This document shows positions 45,541 through 55,201 of a stretch of 64,000 bases of DNA, piece by piece. The stretch spans positions 608,001 through 672,000 of the forward strand of contig OZ245777.1 of assembly GCA_965227775.1 (NCBI GenBank). Reading direction: 5' to 3'. This stretch comes from Phycisphaerales bacterium (GTDB taxonomy: Bacteria; Planctomycetota; Phycisphaerae; Phycisphaerales; UBA1924). How positions within the stretch are numbered: the first letter of the stretch is position 1; each line of letters begins with the position of its first letter. A model generated the notes under the pieces. The model saw nothing but the letters and a program-made list of their open reading frames with translations, had not been told where the DNA came from and ran no database searches. The position numbers and the translations under genes were made by a program.

Positions 45541-48500
45541 ATGCCGATTCCCTGGGCCGATGCCGCATCCCGTCTCCTGATCATCCTGTCCACCGCGGGA
45601 TTTGCGGCCACTCCCGCTTCGGCTCAGGTCGAGATCGACCTGAGCGTGTCAGCGTTCGACCGCTTGCTGCCGCACCATGGCTTCGGCAACGAATCCATGA
45701 CCGTCTTTGGCGCTACCGAAGACGGACGTGACAAGCTGCTGCTCGTCCGCGTCTTCGAGCAGGGTGCCGCGTGCGAAACCGATGCCCCGCTGCGGGTCTA
45801 TCGACAAGAGACTGACGGAAGTTGGGCCATCGAGGCGGGGATCGATCCCGTGTTGTTCCAGCACCCGGTGGCCGCAGCCATCTCGGGCGACACATTGGTC
45901 ATCGGCGATGCGCCGGGATACCGATCCTGGGAAGGCCGCGCCCTCGTCTATCGCCGCATCGATCGGCAATGGGTGTTCGAGTCCGAACTGCGAGCTGTCG
46001 GGCCGGGCTTCTGGGACTTCTTCGGCGAATCGGTTGCCATCGACGGCGACACGATTGTCGTGGGCGCACCCAACTTCAACAGCGGTTCGACGGCGACCAA
46101 CCCCACCGACGGCGAGGGTGCTGTATTCGTCTACCGGCGGACCGGCTCGTCGTGGGATCTCGTCCGACGCTTTGAGAATCCAGCCCGCGACCCGATCGCC
46201 GGTGAGTTTGGAGCCGCGGTCGATGTCGTTGAAATGTGGCACGGTGCGGAGGTCGGCATCGGAGCTCCGGGCCTGATTGGAAGGGACGGACACCGCGGAC
46301 ACGTGTACCGCTACGTCGAGAGCGATGACTGGGGCGCGCGTGGCGGAAAGCACGGCCCCGTGAGCACCGAGGAGACCTTCGGCACCCAGATCGGCATGGG
46401 CACAACCGCCGCAGTGTTTGGTGGCACGGCGGCTGGAATGCTCATGGACACCAGCACGCACCTGTACGACGTCGATGTCCTATACGTGATCCAGGGCGGC
46501 TTAGTCGACCGCATGGATGCGCACTTCACGCGCGCGCTGCTGGGCTTCCCCGACGTTGACTCCGCGGGTTCGGATGCCGGCGCGTTTCAGATGTGGGACC
46601 GAGTAACTGCCGCAAGTGAGTATCGCGACTTCACGCCAACACTCACTTGGCAGCTGGACGCTGGTGACCGCCTGGGCGATCGCGTGGCCATCAGCAACGA
46701 CACCATTGCCGTTGCGGCCCCAGGCGACGACGACGCCGGCCACAATGCCGGGGTGGTGTACACCTGGGATAAGGATCGGTTCGGCGACTGGAGCGAGGGC
46801 GAGCGCATCTCGGTCGGATTCGCCACGCCCAACGGCCGGATGGGCACATCGATCGCCGCAACGACCGATCGGCTGTTCGTCGGCGTGCCCGGCGGCGAGC
46901 GCTGCGACAAGCCCGGCGGGATGGTGTTCACGTATACCAGCCAGGGACGGGACTGGCTGCCCGAGTCCCGCATCCAGGCCCCAGATGTCAGCGCAACCGC
47001 TGAATTCGGCGCAGCCGTCGATGTCGACGGCGTGTGGGCCGTCGTCGGCGCGCCCATGGATGGCGACCGACTCGAGGGCTCGGCTCACATCTACCAGAAC
47101 ATTGCAGGCGAGTGGATGCTTATGCGTTCGTTGCAGCCAGACGCTTCAGAGTCGGACACCGGATTTGGCGCCACCGTCGCGGTCGATGGAGAGTGGATGG
47201 TGGTCGCCGCACCAGATGGTCGAGGTGGATCCACCGAAGCGAGCGGTTTCGTAGAGATCTACAGGCAAGCTGGTGTCGATTGGACGCTGCATCGCCGCCT
47301 TACGGGCGACGATGCGCTCGCAGGGCGTGCCGAGATCGGCGCTGCCGTTGCCTTGGAGGGGGGGCGGCTGCTCATCGGTGCGCCCGGCGCGTGGGGGGAG
47401 GCGGGCGCGGTGCTGGCGCTCGAAGAGCCCTTCACCGGCGCCCCACAGGTGATCGAGGCCGACCTGGCACTCCCCGGCGATCGCCTCGGCCACGCCGTTG
47501 CGTTCGACGGAGATCATGCACTACTCGGCGCGCCCGGCACTGGGGCTGACGAAGGCATGATCTACACCACCAAGTTCGGCGGCGCGTGGAGCGCACCCGA
47601 GGAGATTCCAGGGCTTCCCGCCACGCCGGGGGCTCGCCTTGGCTCATCGGTCGACCTGCTGGGCCGGGCCGGCATCGCCGGTGCTCCCGGCGCAAACGCG
47701 GCATCGATGGTCTACCGCACCAGCGAAGGCTGGCAGTGGTTCAGTGATCGCCAGGGCAGCGACGATTCGCGATACGGCGAGCGCGTGCAGCTCGTCGGCG
47801 ACCTGATGCTGGTGTCGGCGCCCGAGGACGGCACTCTGACCGAGCGAGGCGGCTCGGTCGAGGTCGATCTATTCGATTACTCGTTCGAGGTTGTCGAGTG
47901 TCCCGACTCGGCCGACCCGCAGCCGATCGACACGATCATCAATCCCCTGTTCGGCAGATTCGACCTGATGGGCTACTCGATCGCCGTCTCGGGTGACGCT
48001 GCCGTGATCGGCGCACCGTACGCGGACATCGAGTACATCGATGTTCGCGGAACACCACGCATCGATCCAACCGGCGGGACTGCGTACGTCTATCGCCGCG
48101 TCGAACCATACCGATGGGAACGCGAGGCCGACCTGAACCGTCTCATCGGCTTCGAGCCAGCCAACGGGTGGTTTGGTTGGTCGGTTGACATGCTCGGAGA
48201 TCGCATCTTCGTAGGTGCGCCCGAGGCCGACACGCCCGCTTCTCCGCGGGGTGGAGCCTTCCTGTTCGAGCGCACGCTGGATGGCTGGCAGCGTGTGCAC
48301 AGCATGACGCCACGTGACGGCCTACCCGTCACACCATTCGGATACGCGGTGGGCATGAGCGAGCGCACCCTGGTCGCCGGGCAGCCCGAGATGTCTGTCG
48401 ACGGGGTGCAGTCGGGCGTGGTCTGGATCTCCGAGCGTGAAGGCCCGGTGTGGCTGACCCCGGACATGGTCTCACCATTGCAACCGCAGGACGGCGAGAA

Positions 48501-49320
48501 GTTTGGCCGCGCCATCGAGGTCACCGATCAGTGGCTCTTCGTGGGCGCACCCAACCACTCCGTCGGCGCCGATCAGTCAGCCGGCCGAGTCGTGATATTC
48601 CGCTGGACGGGCGACGTCTGGACCGAGCACCAGTCGCTCTTCGCACCGATGCCCGAGAGCCTCGATCGCTTCGGCACCGACATCGCCTGCTTCGGCGACA
48701 CCGTCGTCATCGGTGCGCCCTACGGGGATGGCATGGGCGTCACCAACTCCGGTGTCGGGCACGTCTTCGAGCTCGATGCGGCAACAAACCAGTGGACGCA
48801 CCGCCAGACGCTGGCTTCAGCCGACGTGAGTGGCGGGGACCACATCGGCTTCTCGGTAGCCGCGGGTGAGTTCACGATCGCGCTCGGTGGGTACGGGCTG
48901 GCCGATCCCACCACGGGCACACAGAGTGGCGCAGTAGCCGTCTTCAAGCCTGATGCTGCCGGCAACTGGACCGAGGCGGCCACCCACTACCCCGCGACCG
49001 GAAGCGATCTCGAACGCTTCGGCCACGACGTGGCACTCGAGGGCGGCAACCTCTGGGTCGCCTCGCCCTACGCCGATGATGACCCCGCCGGCATCGATCC
49101 CGTGTTCGACTCGGGCCGGGCGTACACCATCGACCTGGCGTGCCACACGGCGTGCCCGGTCGACCTGAGCGCCCCATTCGGCTCGCTGGACGTCTTCGAC
49201 TTCCTTGCGTTCCTCGACCTCTTCGACCGCGGCGACCCGGCCGCAGATCTCAACGGCGACGGAATCTTCGATACGTTCGACTTCTTGATGTTCCTCAACG
49301 GATTCACTGCCGGGTGCTGA
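45541..49320 (+). CDS. Secreted FG-GAP repeat (beta-propeller) protein with GC-type dockerin anchor
   Basis: Signal peptide ending ASA-Q; many FGxxVAxxGxxxxVGAP repeats; C-terminus CPVDL..LDVFDFLAFL..ADLNGDGIFDTFDFLMFLNGFTAGC. Confidence 0.88.
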   Translation: MPIPWADAASRLLIILSTAGFAATPASAQVEIDLSVSAFDRLLPHHGFGNESMTVFGATEDGRDKLLLVRVFEQGAACETDAPLRVYRQETDGSWAIEAGIDPVLFQHPVAAAISGDTLVIGDAPGYRSWEGRALVYRRIDRQWVFESELRAVGPGFWDFFGESVAIDGDTIVVGAPNFNSGSTATNPTDGEGAVFVYRRTGSSWDLVRRFENPARDPIAGEFGAAVDVVEMWHGAEVGIGAPGLIGRDGHRGHVYRYVESDDWGARGGKHGPVSTEETFGTQIGMGTTAAVFGGTAAGMLMDTSTHLYDVDVLYVIQGGLVDRMDAHFTRALLGFPDVDSAGSDAGAFQMWDRVTAASEYRDFTPTLTWQLDAGDRLGDRVAISNDTIAVAAPGDDDAGHNAGVVYTWDKDRFGDWSEGERISVGFATPNGRMGTSIAATTDRLFVGVPGGERCDKPGGMVFTYTSQGRDWLPESRIQAPDVSATAEFGAAVDVDGVWAVVGAPMDGDRLEGSAHIYQNIAGEWMLMRSLQPDASESDTGFGATVAVDGEWMVVAAPDGRGGSTEASGFVEIYRQAGVDWTLHRRLTGDDALAGRAEIGAAVALEGGRLLIGAPGAWGEAGAVLALEEPFTGAPQVIEADLALPGDRLGHAVAFDGDHALLGAPGTGADEGMIYTTKFGGAWSAPEEIPGLPATPGARLGSSVDLLGRAGIAGAPGANAASMVYRTSEGWQWFSDRQGSDDSRYGERVQLVGDLMLVSAPEDGTLTERGGSVEVDLFDYSFEVVECPDSADPQPIDTIINPLFGRFDLMGYSIAVSGDAAVIGAPYADIEYIDVRGTPRIDPTGGTAYVYRRVEPYRWEREADLNRLIGFEPANGWFGWSVDMLGDRIFVGAPEADTPASPRGGAFLFERTLDGWQRVHSMTPRDGLPVTPFGYAVGMSERTLVAGQPEMSVDGVQSGVVWISEREGPVWLTPDMVSPLQPQDGEKFGRAIEVTDQWLFVGAPNHSVGADQSAGRVVIFRWTGDVWTEHQSLFAPMPESLDRFGTDIACFGDTVVIGAPYGDGMGVTNSGVGHVFELDAATNQWTHRQTLASADVSGGDHIGFSVAAGEFTIALGGYGLADPTTGTQSGAVAVFKPDAAGNWTEAATHYPATGSDLERFGHDVALEGGNLWVASPYADDDPAGIDPVFDSGRAYTIDLACHTACPVDLSAPFGSLDVFDFLAFLDLFDRGDPAADLNGDGIFDTFDFLMFLNGFTAGC

Positions 49321-49390
49321 CTGCACCAGAGCTTGAACGACAAGCAGTGCTCCCGATCGGAGAACTGCTTGCTTTCGCCTCATTGCCGAA

Positions 49391-49414
49391 TGGGCGGGCG
49401 GGGACTCGAACTCC
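49391..49414 (-). mobile_element. tRNA 3'-end remnant (att-like site)
   Basis: Minus strand reads GGAGTTCGAGTCCCCG-CCCGCCC-A: TTCGAGT T-loop, 3' T-stem, 7-nt acceptor strand and discriminator. No D or anticodon arm upstream. Confidence 0.55.
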
Positions 49415-49755
49415 TGGTAGATTCCCCGAGACAAACGCTCGGTCTGCGAGCAGGTGGCGCACGATCAGACGCATTCACTCCCGCGAAGACCGCCGTGGTG
49501 AGCTGGATGATGAGCACGCCCGAGGGCATGGGCTTGGGCTACGTGGGTGGTGCGGACGGGGGACAAGTTCGGATTTCCAAGTCACAGAGTCCATCTGACC
49601 GTCGAAGCACCATGCCTCGAATCGGACACCGAGCTGTCCGATTCGATGAGTTTGCCTCAGTTTCGAAGCGAGCGTGCAGTGCCACACGGCGTAGCCCAAC
49701 CATCCGACTCGCGATCTGAGTGCCCGATTGGACTTCGCGAAGTTCGCAGTAGCTC

Positions 49756-49783
49756 TCAACCAGCACGACCTGTTCTCCGATAG
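49756..49783 (+). promoter_or_regulatory. Putative sigma28 (FliA)-like promoter of the PilZ-FapA gene
   Basis: TCAAC-N15-TCCGATAG. Confidence 0.4.
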
Positions 49784-49828
49784 AGACGGCAGCAATTAAG
49801 CTAGCACGGAGTATGGCCCTATAACATC

Positions 49829-50827
49829 ATGAACATCCCTACACGAGCCAGTGTTCGCCAACAAGTGAACGTACCAGGATCTCTAGTACCGTTTGGTGCG
49901 TCCGACGCTCCGGGTGTTCGCGTCCAAGTCACAGACCTCTCGCCGGACGGGGCAGCACTGTCAGGAGACACTTTGGTCAGTGTGGGCACGAGCTGGACGT
50001 TGCACATTCACTCGACGGCCGGTGGCCCCGATCGGTCGGTCCCGGTCACCGTCCGTTGGAGTCGGACTGACGAGCACGGCTGTGCATGCGGAGTGGAATT
50101 CAGCGCCGAGCCTGAGAACTCTGCCACAGTCTCTCCGGATGAGGAAGCTCCGGCATCGAGCGAAGCGGTTTCACGCAGCGACACCGATGCCGACCAGCCC
50201 GGCGTCGTCGCAGCCGAACATCTAGATGTCAAATCGCTGCGCAGCGTCCAGGGAAAGGTCGATGGCAATGTGATATTTACGGCAGAGCTCGTTGATTGCT
50301 CGCTACAAGTGAACGGTAGCGTCGAGAGCGATTCTGGCACGATCCGAGGCGGGAACATTCGCGTCGGAAAGAACGTGCGGGTTGGGAAGCTGGGTGACCA
50401 TGAAGGCAGCCCGACCGAGCTCGTCTTAGGGAGCGTTCCCAGCGCTGAATCGATGCTGGCCTTGGTACCAGGCTATCTGAAGTCTGTTGACAGCCAGATG
50501 TCGAGCCTCAAAGCCGAACTCGCCGACCTCGAGGCAGACGTCGATTCGCTTGATCACTCCCAGAAAGAGCGGGCAACCGAGATCGCGTTTGAAATTCAGG
50601 AACTGCAAGCCAAACGCGATTCCATTGAAACCAAGAGGGAGCGCCTAGAAGCGGCGCTTCGATTGTCGGGGCCACCGCGATTAACTGTGCACGAGTCTGT
50701 GCACGCCGGCGTGACCATCCGATTCAGGGATCACGAGCTGGTGTGCGATGAGCACATGCCCGGGCCAGTATCGATCACGTTCGATGAAACGGCCGGCTTG
50801 GCATGGAGCACGCCCGCCGCAGCCTGA
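49829..50827 (+). CDS. PilZ-domain protein fused to a FapA (DUF342)-like C-terminal domain
   Basis: RASVR (RxxxR) and DLSPDG (DxSxxG); then GTIRGG..VGKLG..PTELVLG, a coiled coil and VHESVHAGVTIRF. Confidence 0.65.
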   Translation: MNIPTRASVRQQVNVPGSLVPFGASDAPGVRVQVTDLSPDGAALSGDTLVSVGTSWTLHIHSTAGGPDRSVPVTVRWSRTDEHGCACGVEFSAEPENSATVSPDEEAPASSEAVSRSDTDADQPGVVAAEHLDVKSLRSVQGKVDGNVIFTAELVDCSLQVNGSVESDSGTIRGGNIRVGKNVRVGKLGDHEGSPTELVLGSVPSAESMLALVPGYLKSVDSQMSSLKAELADLEADVDSLDHSQKERATEIAFEIQELQAKRDSIETKRERLEAALRLSGPPRLTVHESVHAGVTIRFRDHELVCDEHMPGPVSITFDETAGLAWSTPAAA

Positions 50828-50878
50828 CCAAAGAGCGCCCGCTCTGTAGCACCTGCGATCTTCAAGACACGATAGAGA

Positions 50879-51253
50879 TCAAGCGGCGCCTTTGGTCCGG
50901 TCGATCGTCTGATTCACCTTCTCGCTGAGGCTTTCGGGAGTGAAGGGCTTCACAACGTAGTTGTTTACGCCTGCTTTGATCGCCTCAAGCACGTTGGTCT
51001 TCTCAGATTCAGTAGTTACCATGATCACCGGCGTTACCTTGTCCTTGGTTCGAAAGGCCTTGACAAACTCCAAGCCGTTCATGACAGGCATGTTCCAGTC
51101 AAGCAGGATCACGTCGGGCGCGAATGCATCGACAGTTTCCAGTGCTTCCTTTCCGTCAGCGGCCTCACCGACTTCGGTGTGACCCAGGCCCGCGAGCACG
51201 GACTTGATGATGTTGCGCATGGTTTTGGAGTCGTCGACAACGAAGAAACGCAT
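50879..51253 (-). CDS. cheY: Chemotaxis response regulator CheY
   Basis: VVDDSKTMR, LLDWNMPVMNG, MVTTE, YVVKPF. Confidence 0.85.
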   Translation of the reverse strand: MRFFVVDDSKTMRNIIKSVLAGLGHTEVGEAADGKEALETVDAFAPDVILLDWNMPVMNGLEFVKAFRTKDKVTPVIMVTTESEKTNVLEAIKAGVNNYVVKPFTPESLSEKVNQTIDRTKGAA

Positions 51254-51285
51254 GGTGGCCTCAACTTTTCGCTAATGGGTGGATG

Positions 51286-51765
51286 TCAACTGGCTGCGCG
51301 AACGTTTGTAGTGGCGCTCCGAACAGCCATGTCCACGTAGAACGTCCCAAACTCTGTCGAGCAAGGTACACAGATGCACTTGTCATCGCTTGCAATGGCC
51401 GGCTGGGTATCCGTGCCCGCTGATACGGAAGGTACGGACATCTTTACACGACCGTTGTTGAGCTTCGACTTGGCCGTGCCGGCGATTAGGTTAATGAGCT
51501 CGCCAAAAGCATCAGAGAAATCAGGCTCGCTGGCTTTGCATGTCTCACCGGAGAATCGCTTTACGATCGATTCTGCCATCGCAGCACTACTGGATAGCAC
51601 GACCACTCCGGTCATGTCTCCAGAGAGCTCAACGGCAGCGACGATCTCTTGACGCTCGATGCCGTCACGTACGAATGGCTCGTCAAATTCGACCTTGACG
51701 TGAACCATGGTACTGAAGACCACATGCACGGATTCGATCAATGATCGGATGTACTGCTCGGTCAT
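51286..51765 (-). CDS. cheX: CheX-family phosphatase
   Basis: VFSTM, LSGDMTG, DAFGELINLIAG (ExxN), MSVPSV. Confidence 0.85.
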   Translation of the reverse strand: MTEQYIRSLIESVHVVFSTMVHVKVEFDEPFVRDGIERQEIVAAVELSGDMTGVVVLSSSAAMAESIVKRFSGETCKASEPDFSDAFGELINLIAGTAKSKLNNGRVKMSVPSVSAGTDTQPAIASDDKCICVPCSTEFGTFYVDMAVRSATTNVRAAS

Positions 51766-51867
51766 AGAGACTCTGCTCCGTTGCTGGCGTCACTCGAATA
51801 TCGGCTCAGAAAGAGGTCAGAGCCAGCCCTCGTTCAATCAGCTTAACAATTGGGTGCGGCTACCCAA

Positions 51868-51895
51868 TCATGCGCGATCCGCGACCTTCCGATAC
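51868..51895 (+). promoter_or_regulatory. Putative sigma28-like promoter of cheA
   Basis: TCATG-N15-TCCGATAC. Confidence 0.35.
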
Positions 51896-51944
51896 ACACT
51901 GGAGCGGTCGGTCGCCGCGCACCGCACTGCTACCGGAGCAAGGC

Positions 51945-54539
51945 ATGCTTGAGAACTTACCAGAACGGGTCGAGCAACTAGCGCGCATGGCCGTTCTTAC
52001 GGACTCTGCGGACCTCCCAGGCCTCGTTGCCATGCAGGAACAAGCTGCAGCCCTTGCCGCCGACATCCCTGCCGATCAGGCCGATGAGATCTCGAAGATG
52101 GCCACTGAGATTGGCCGCCTGGCCGAGGCCATCGTTCTGCGAGAGGTGTCCAGCGCCGATGAGGCCTTCCACGAGATCGGCAGCATCATTGAGCGGCTAC
52201 AAGACGCTGCGTCCCAGCCTGTCGTTCTGAAAGCCGAAGACGACGGGTCGATGGACGCCGCAGAGGAAGCCGAGCTCATTTCTGGCTGGATTGCGAGCTG
52301 CGAGGGCATGCTCTCGGATGTCGAGGGCTGGCTGCTGACCCTGGAGCAAGAGCCGCAGAACGCATCAGATGAGATCGCTGACATCCGCCGATCGATGCAC
52401 ACACTCAAGGGCGAGTGCGGCGTGCTTGCATTCCATACGGCTCAGCAAGTGTGCCACGAGGCGGAGACTCTCATCGACGAGAAGCTCGCCGCCGGCCAAT
52501 CCGTACCTATCGACCCTTTGCTGAAGCTGCTCGACTGGCTCAAGGACTTCATCCACCGCTTGTCAGCGGACCACAGCGCGCAGCCGACGGACCACCAAGC
52601 CGTGCTGGATGTCATTCTGGCCGCCCAGGCCGAGCAGGGGGATGCCGAACCCACGCCGGCGGCACCAGCCTCCGACGAATCGTCGAAGGTCCCGGTTGCG
52701 GAAGCTCCGGAGCAACCCCGCAAGCCCGAGCCCACGCCAACGCCCAATCCCACCGTGCCAGCGGAAACTGGCCCACTCACGTTCGCACCACAGGAAGGCA
52801 CCGAGGACAACCTGGCCGACTTTCTGTGCGAGGCTCGCGACCACATTGCCGCTTCCGAGGAAGCCCTGCTGGCCCTTGAGCAGAACAACACAGACGCTGA
52901 GCTCATCAACACCGTCTTCAGGGCCTTCCACACCATCAAGGGCGTGTCGGGTTTCATGGCACTCAAGCCCATCGTGTCCCTGGCCCACAGCGCCGAGCAG
53001 CTGCTGGATGCCGCCCGTAGCGGCAACATCGTGCTCGAGCGTGCCGAACTCGACCTAGTACTGGCCTCGTGCGACATGATGAGCAAGCTGCTCGACGTGC
53101 TCGAGGATGGCACTGGCCCGGATCGCACAGAGTTCGACACACTCATCGAGCGCCTGGACGCGGCCGCAGCTGGCCAGCCCACTCCTTCTGCCCAGAGTAC
53201 GGTCCCGCAGGCGTCCACATCAGATGTGCAACCAGAGCCTGCGGAGGCCAAGCCGGCAACACCTTCCGCCGTGCCAAGCAAGCTGCGCAAGGCCGACCAG
53301 ACCGTCAAGGTCAACACCTCACGCATGGACAACTTGGTCACCATGGTGGGAGAACTGGTCATTGCGCAACAGATGATGGTGCAGGATATCTCGGGCCTGA
53401 TGGAGGCCTCGGGAAGGGACCCTCGCTTGCAGCGGTCGATGGGACAGATGGGCAAGATGATCCGAGACCTGCAAGAGGTATCCATGTCCTTGCGTATGGT
53501 CACGCTCAAGGGCACGTTCCAGAAGATGAACCGTCTGGTTCGAGATGTCTCTCAGAAAGCCGGCAAGCAGATCGAAGTGATCACCGAGGGTGACGACGTT
53601 GAGCTCGACCGCAACGTGGTTGAGGCCATCACCGACCCGCTCGTCCACATGGTTCGCAATTCGTGCGATCACGGCGTAGAGAGCGCCGAGGAACGCAAGG
53701 CTGCTGGCAAGAACCCTAAGGGCCGCGTCACGCTGCGGGCGTACCACTCGGGCGGCTCGATCGTCATCGAGATCAGCGACGATGGTCGCGGGCTGCGACG
53801 CGACAAGCTGCTGGCCAAGGCGAAGGCCAAAGGCCTGCTACCCGAGGATTTCGACGACGACTCGATGCCCGATGGCGAGGTCTTCGCGCTGGTCTTTAAG
53901 CCCGGGTTCTCAACCGCTGAGAAGGTCACCGACATCTCGGGCCGCGGTGTGGGCATGGATGTTGTGCGACGAAATATCGAGGCTCTGCGTGGCAAGGTCG
54001 AGATCCGCTCAACACCAGGCAAGGGCTCAACGTTCTTGATGCAACTACCCCTGACGATGGCGATTATCGACGGGATGGTGGTTCGCGTCGGCCAGCAGCG
54101 CTACGTGTTGCCCACGCTTACGATCCAGCAGAGCTTCCGGCCACGACCCGAGGATCTCAAGTCGGTGATGGACACAGGCGAGATGGTCCGCGTACGCGAG
54201 TCGATGCTGCCGATCTACCGACTCAATCGCGTCCTGGACCTGCGCGATGGCACACAGGACATCGAGGACGCTCTCCTCATCGTCATGGAAACACACGGCG
54301 CGCGATTCTGCGTCATGGTCGACGAGATCATCGGACAGCAGCAAGTCGTGATCAAGACACTCGATCAGACCGGTCAAGCACTTCAAGGTGTATCGGGTGG
54401 GGCCATACTTGGCGATGGGCGGGTAGCACTCATCCTTGATGTGGCGCAGTTCGCCGAGATCGCCAGAGAACATACGACGCTCAGCGGAGACGCTCTGCAA
54501 GCAAGCGAACGTTCCAACGCCCGCTGTTCTGTCGTGTGA
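51945..54539 (+). CDS. cheA: Chemotaxis histidine kinase CheA with two Hpt domains
   Basis: RSMHTLKG and RAFHTIKG Hpt motifs, VGELVI dimerisation domain, HMVRNSCDHG, DDGRG, GFST, SGRGVGMDVV, C-terminal CheW domain. Confidence 0.93.
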   Translation: MLENLPERVEQLARMAVLTDSADLPGLVAMQEQAAALAADIPADQADEISKMATEIGRLAEAIVLREVSSADEAFHEIGSIIERLQDAASQPVVLKAEDDGSMDAAEEAELISGWIASCEGMLSDVEGWLLTLEQEPQNASDEIADIRRSMHTLKGECGVLAFHTAQQVCHEAETLIDEKLAAGQSVPIDPLLKLLDWLKDFIHRLSADHSAQPTDHQAVLDVILAAQAEQGDAEPTPAAPASDESSKVPVAEAPEQPRKPEPTPTPNPTVPAETGPLTFAPQEGTEDNLADFLCEARDHIAASEEALLALEQNNTDAELINTVFRAFHTIKGVSGFMALKPIVSLAHSAEQLLDAARSGNIVLERAELDLVLASCDMMSKLLDVLEDGTGPDRTEFDTLIERLDAAAAGQPTPSAQSTVPQASTSDVQPEPAEAKPATPSAVPSKLRKADQTVKVNTSRMDNLVTMVGELVIAQQMMVQDISGLMEASGRDPRLQRSMGQMGKMIRDLQEVSMSLRMVTLKGTFQKMNRLVRDVSQKAGKQIEVITEGDDVELDRNVVEAITDPLVHMVRNSCDHGVESAEERKAAGKNPKGRVTLRAYHSGGSIVIEISDDGRGLRRDKLLAKAKAKGLLPEDFDDDSMPDGEVFALVFKPGFSTAEKVTDISGRGVGMDVVRRNIEALRGKVEIRSTPGKGSTFLMQLPLTMAIIDGMVVRVGQQRYVLPTLTIQQSFRPRPEDLKSVMDTGEMVRVRESMLPIYRLNRVLDLRDGTQDIEDALLIVMETHGARFCVMVDEIIGQQQVVIKTLDQTGQALQGVSGGAILGDGRVALILDVAQFAEIAREHTTLSGDALQASERSNARCSVV

Positions 54540-54579
54540 GTCACCATTCAATCGCTCGTAGCTTCAAAGGAAACCGACC

Positions 54580-55146
54580 ATGGCACCCACAAGCTCATCG
54601 CAACCCAGCGACACAAACGAACCGCAGAGCTCGGGACCTGCTCAAAAGACCCTCTCATTCGGGCTGGGCAACGAAGAGTACGGCCTTGACATTCTGGTCG
54701 TTCGCGAGATCATCGGCGTTATCGACATCACCCCGCTCCCGCGGACCCCGGACTATGTGAAGGGGGTGATCAACCTGCGAGGCAAGATCATCCCGGTCAT
54801 CGAGCTTCGCAAGCGATTCGGCATGCCCACCGTCGAGTACACCGACGAGACATGCATCATCGTCGTAGACGTTCCCGTCGAGGGGGAGGGCGAGGCCGAA
54901 TCGCGGCTCATGGGCGTGGTAGTTGACACCGTGCAAGAGGTGCTCGACATCCCCACGTCGGCCATCGAGCCGGCCCCCGAGTTTGGCTGCAGCGTGCCGA
55001 TCGACTACATCACGGGCATCGGCCGCGTGAAGGGCATGGTGGTGGTTCTGCTGGACGCTGCGAAGGTCATGAACCCGCCTGCGGCCGGCGACGCGCTCGC
55101 CGCGGCCAAGGGCCTGGCACCCGGCGGTGGCAGCGCAGCCGCCTGA
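54580..55146 (+). CDS. cheW: Chemotaxis coupling protein CheW
   Basis: EEYGLDIL.VREII, KGVINLRGKIIPV, GVVVD. Confidence 0.92.
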   Translation: MAPTSSSQPSDTNEPQSSGPAQKTLSFGLGNEEYGLDILVVREIIGVIDITPLPRTPDYVKGVINLRGKIIPVIELRKRFGMPTVEYTDETCIIVVDVPVEGEGEAESRLMGVVVDTVQEVLDIPTSAIEPAPEFGCSVPIDYITGIGRVKGMVVVLLDAAKVMNPPAAGDALAAAKGLAPGGGSAAA

Positions 55147-55163
55147 GCGTGCCGCAAATCGAC

Positions 55164-55191
55164 CAAAGTCGGCCCGGCGAGGGACCGATAC
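55164..55191 (+). promoter_or_regulatory. Putative sigma28-like promoter of the NarL-type regulator
   Basis: CAAAG-N15-ACCGATAC. Confidence 0.4.
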
Positions 55192-55201
55192 TCACCGTGC
55201 C

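Noticed and set aside
45541..49140. CRISPR-like or tandem DNA repeats
   Set aside because: The recurring GGCGCGCCC/GGCGCACC units are coding FG-GAP repeats (GAP codons), not repeat-spacer arrays. No cas genes are present.
49340..49470. Intact tRNA gene
   Set aside because: Only the T-loop and 3' acceptor strand are present. No matching 5' acceptor strand, D arm or anticodon arm can be folded.
49333..49795. Short ORFs in the region after the tRNA remnant
   Set aside because: No recognisable domains or RBS and mutually overlapping on both strands; more likely non-coding or decayed island-edge sequence.
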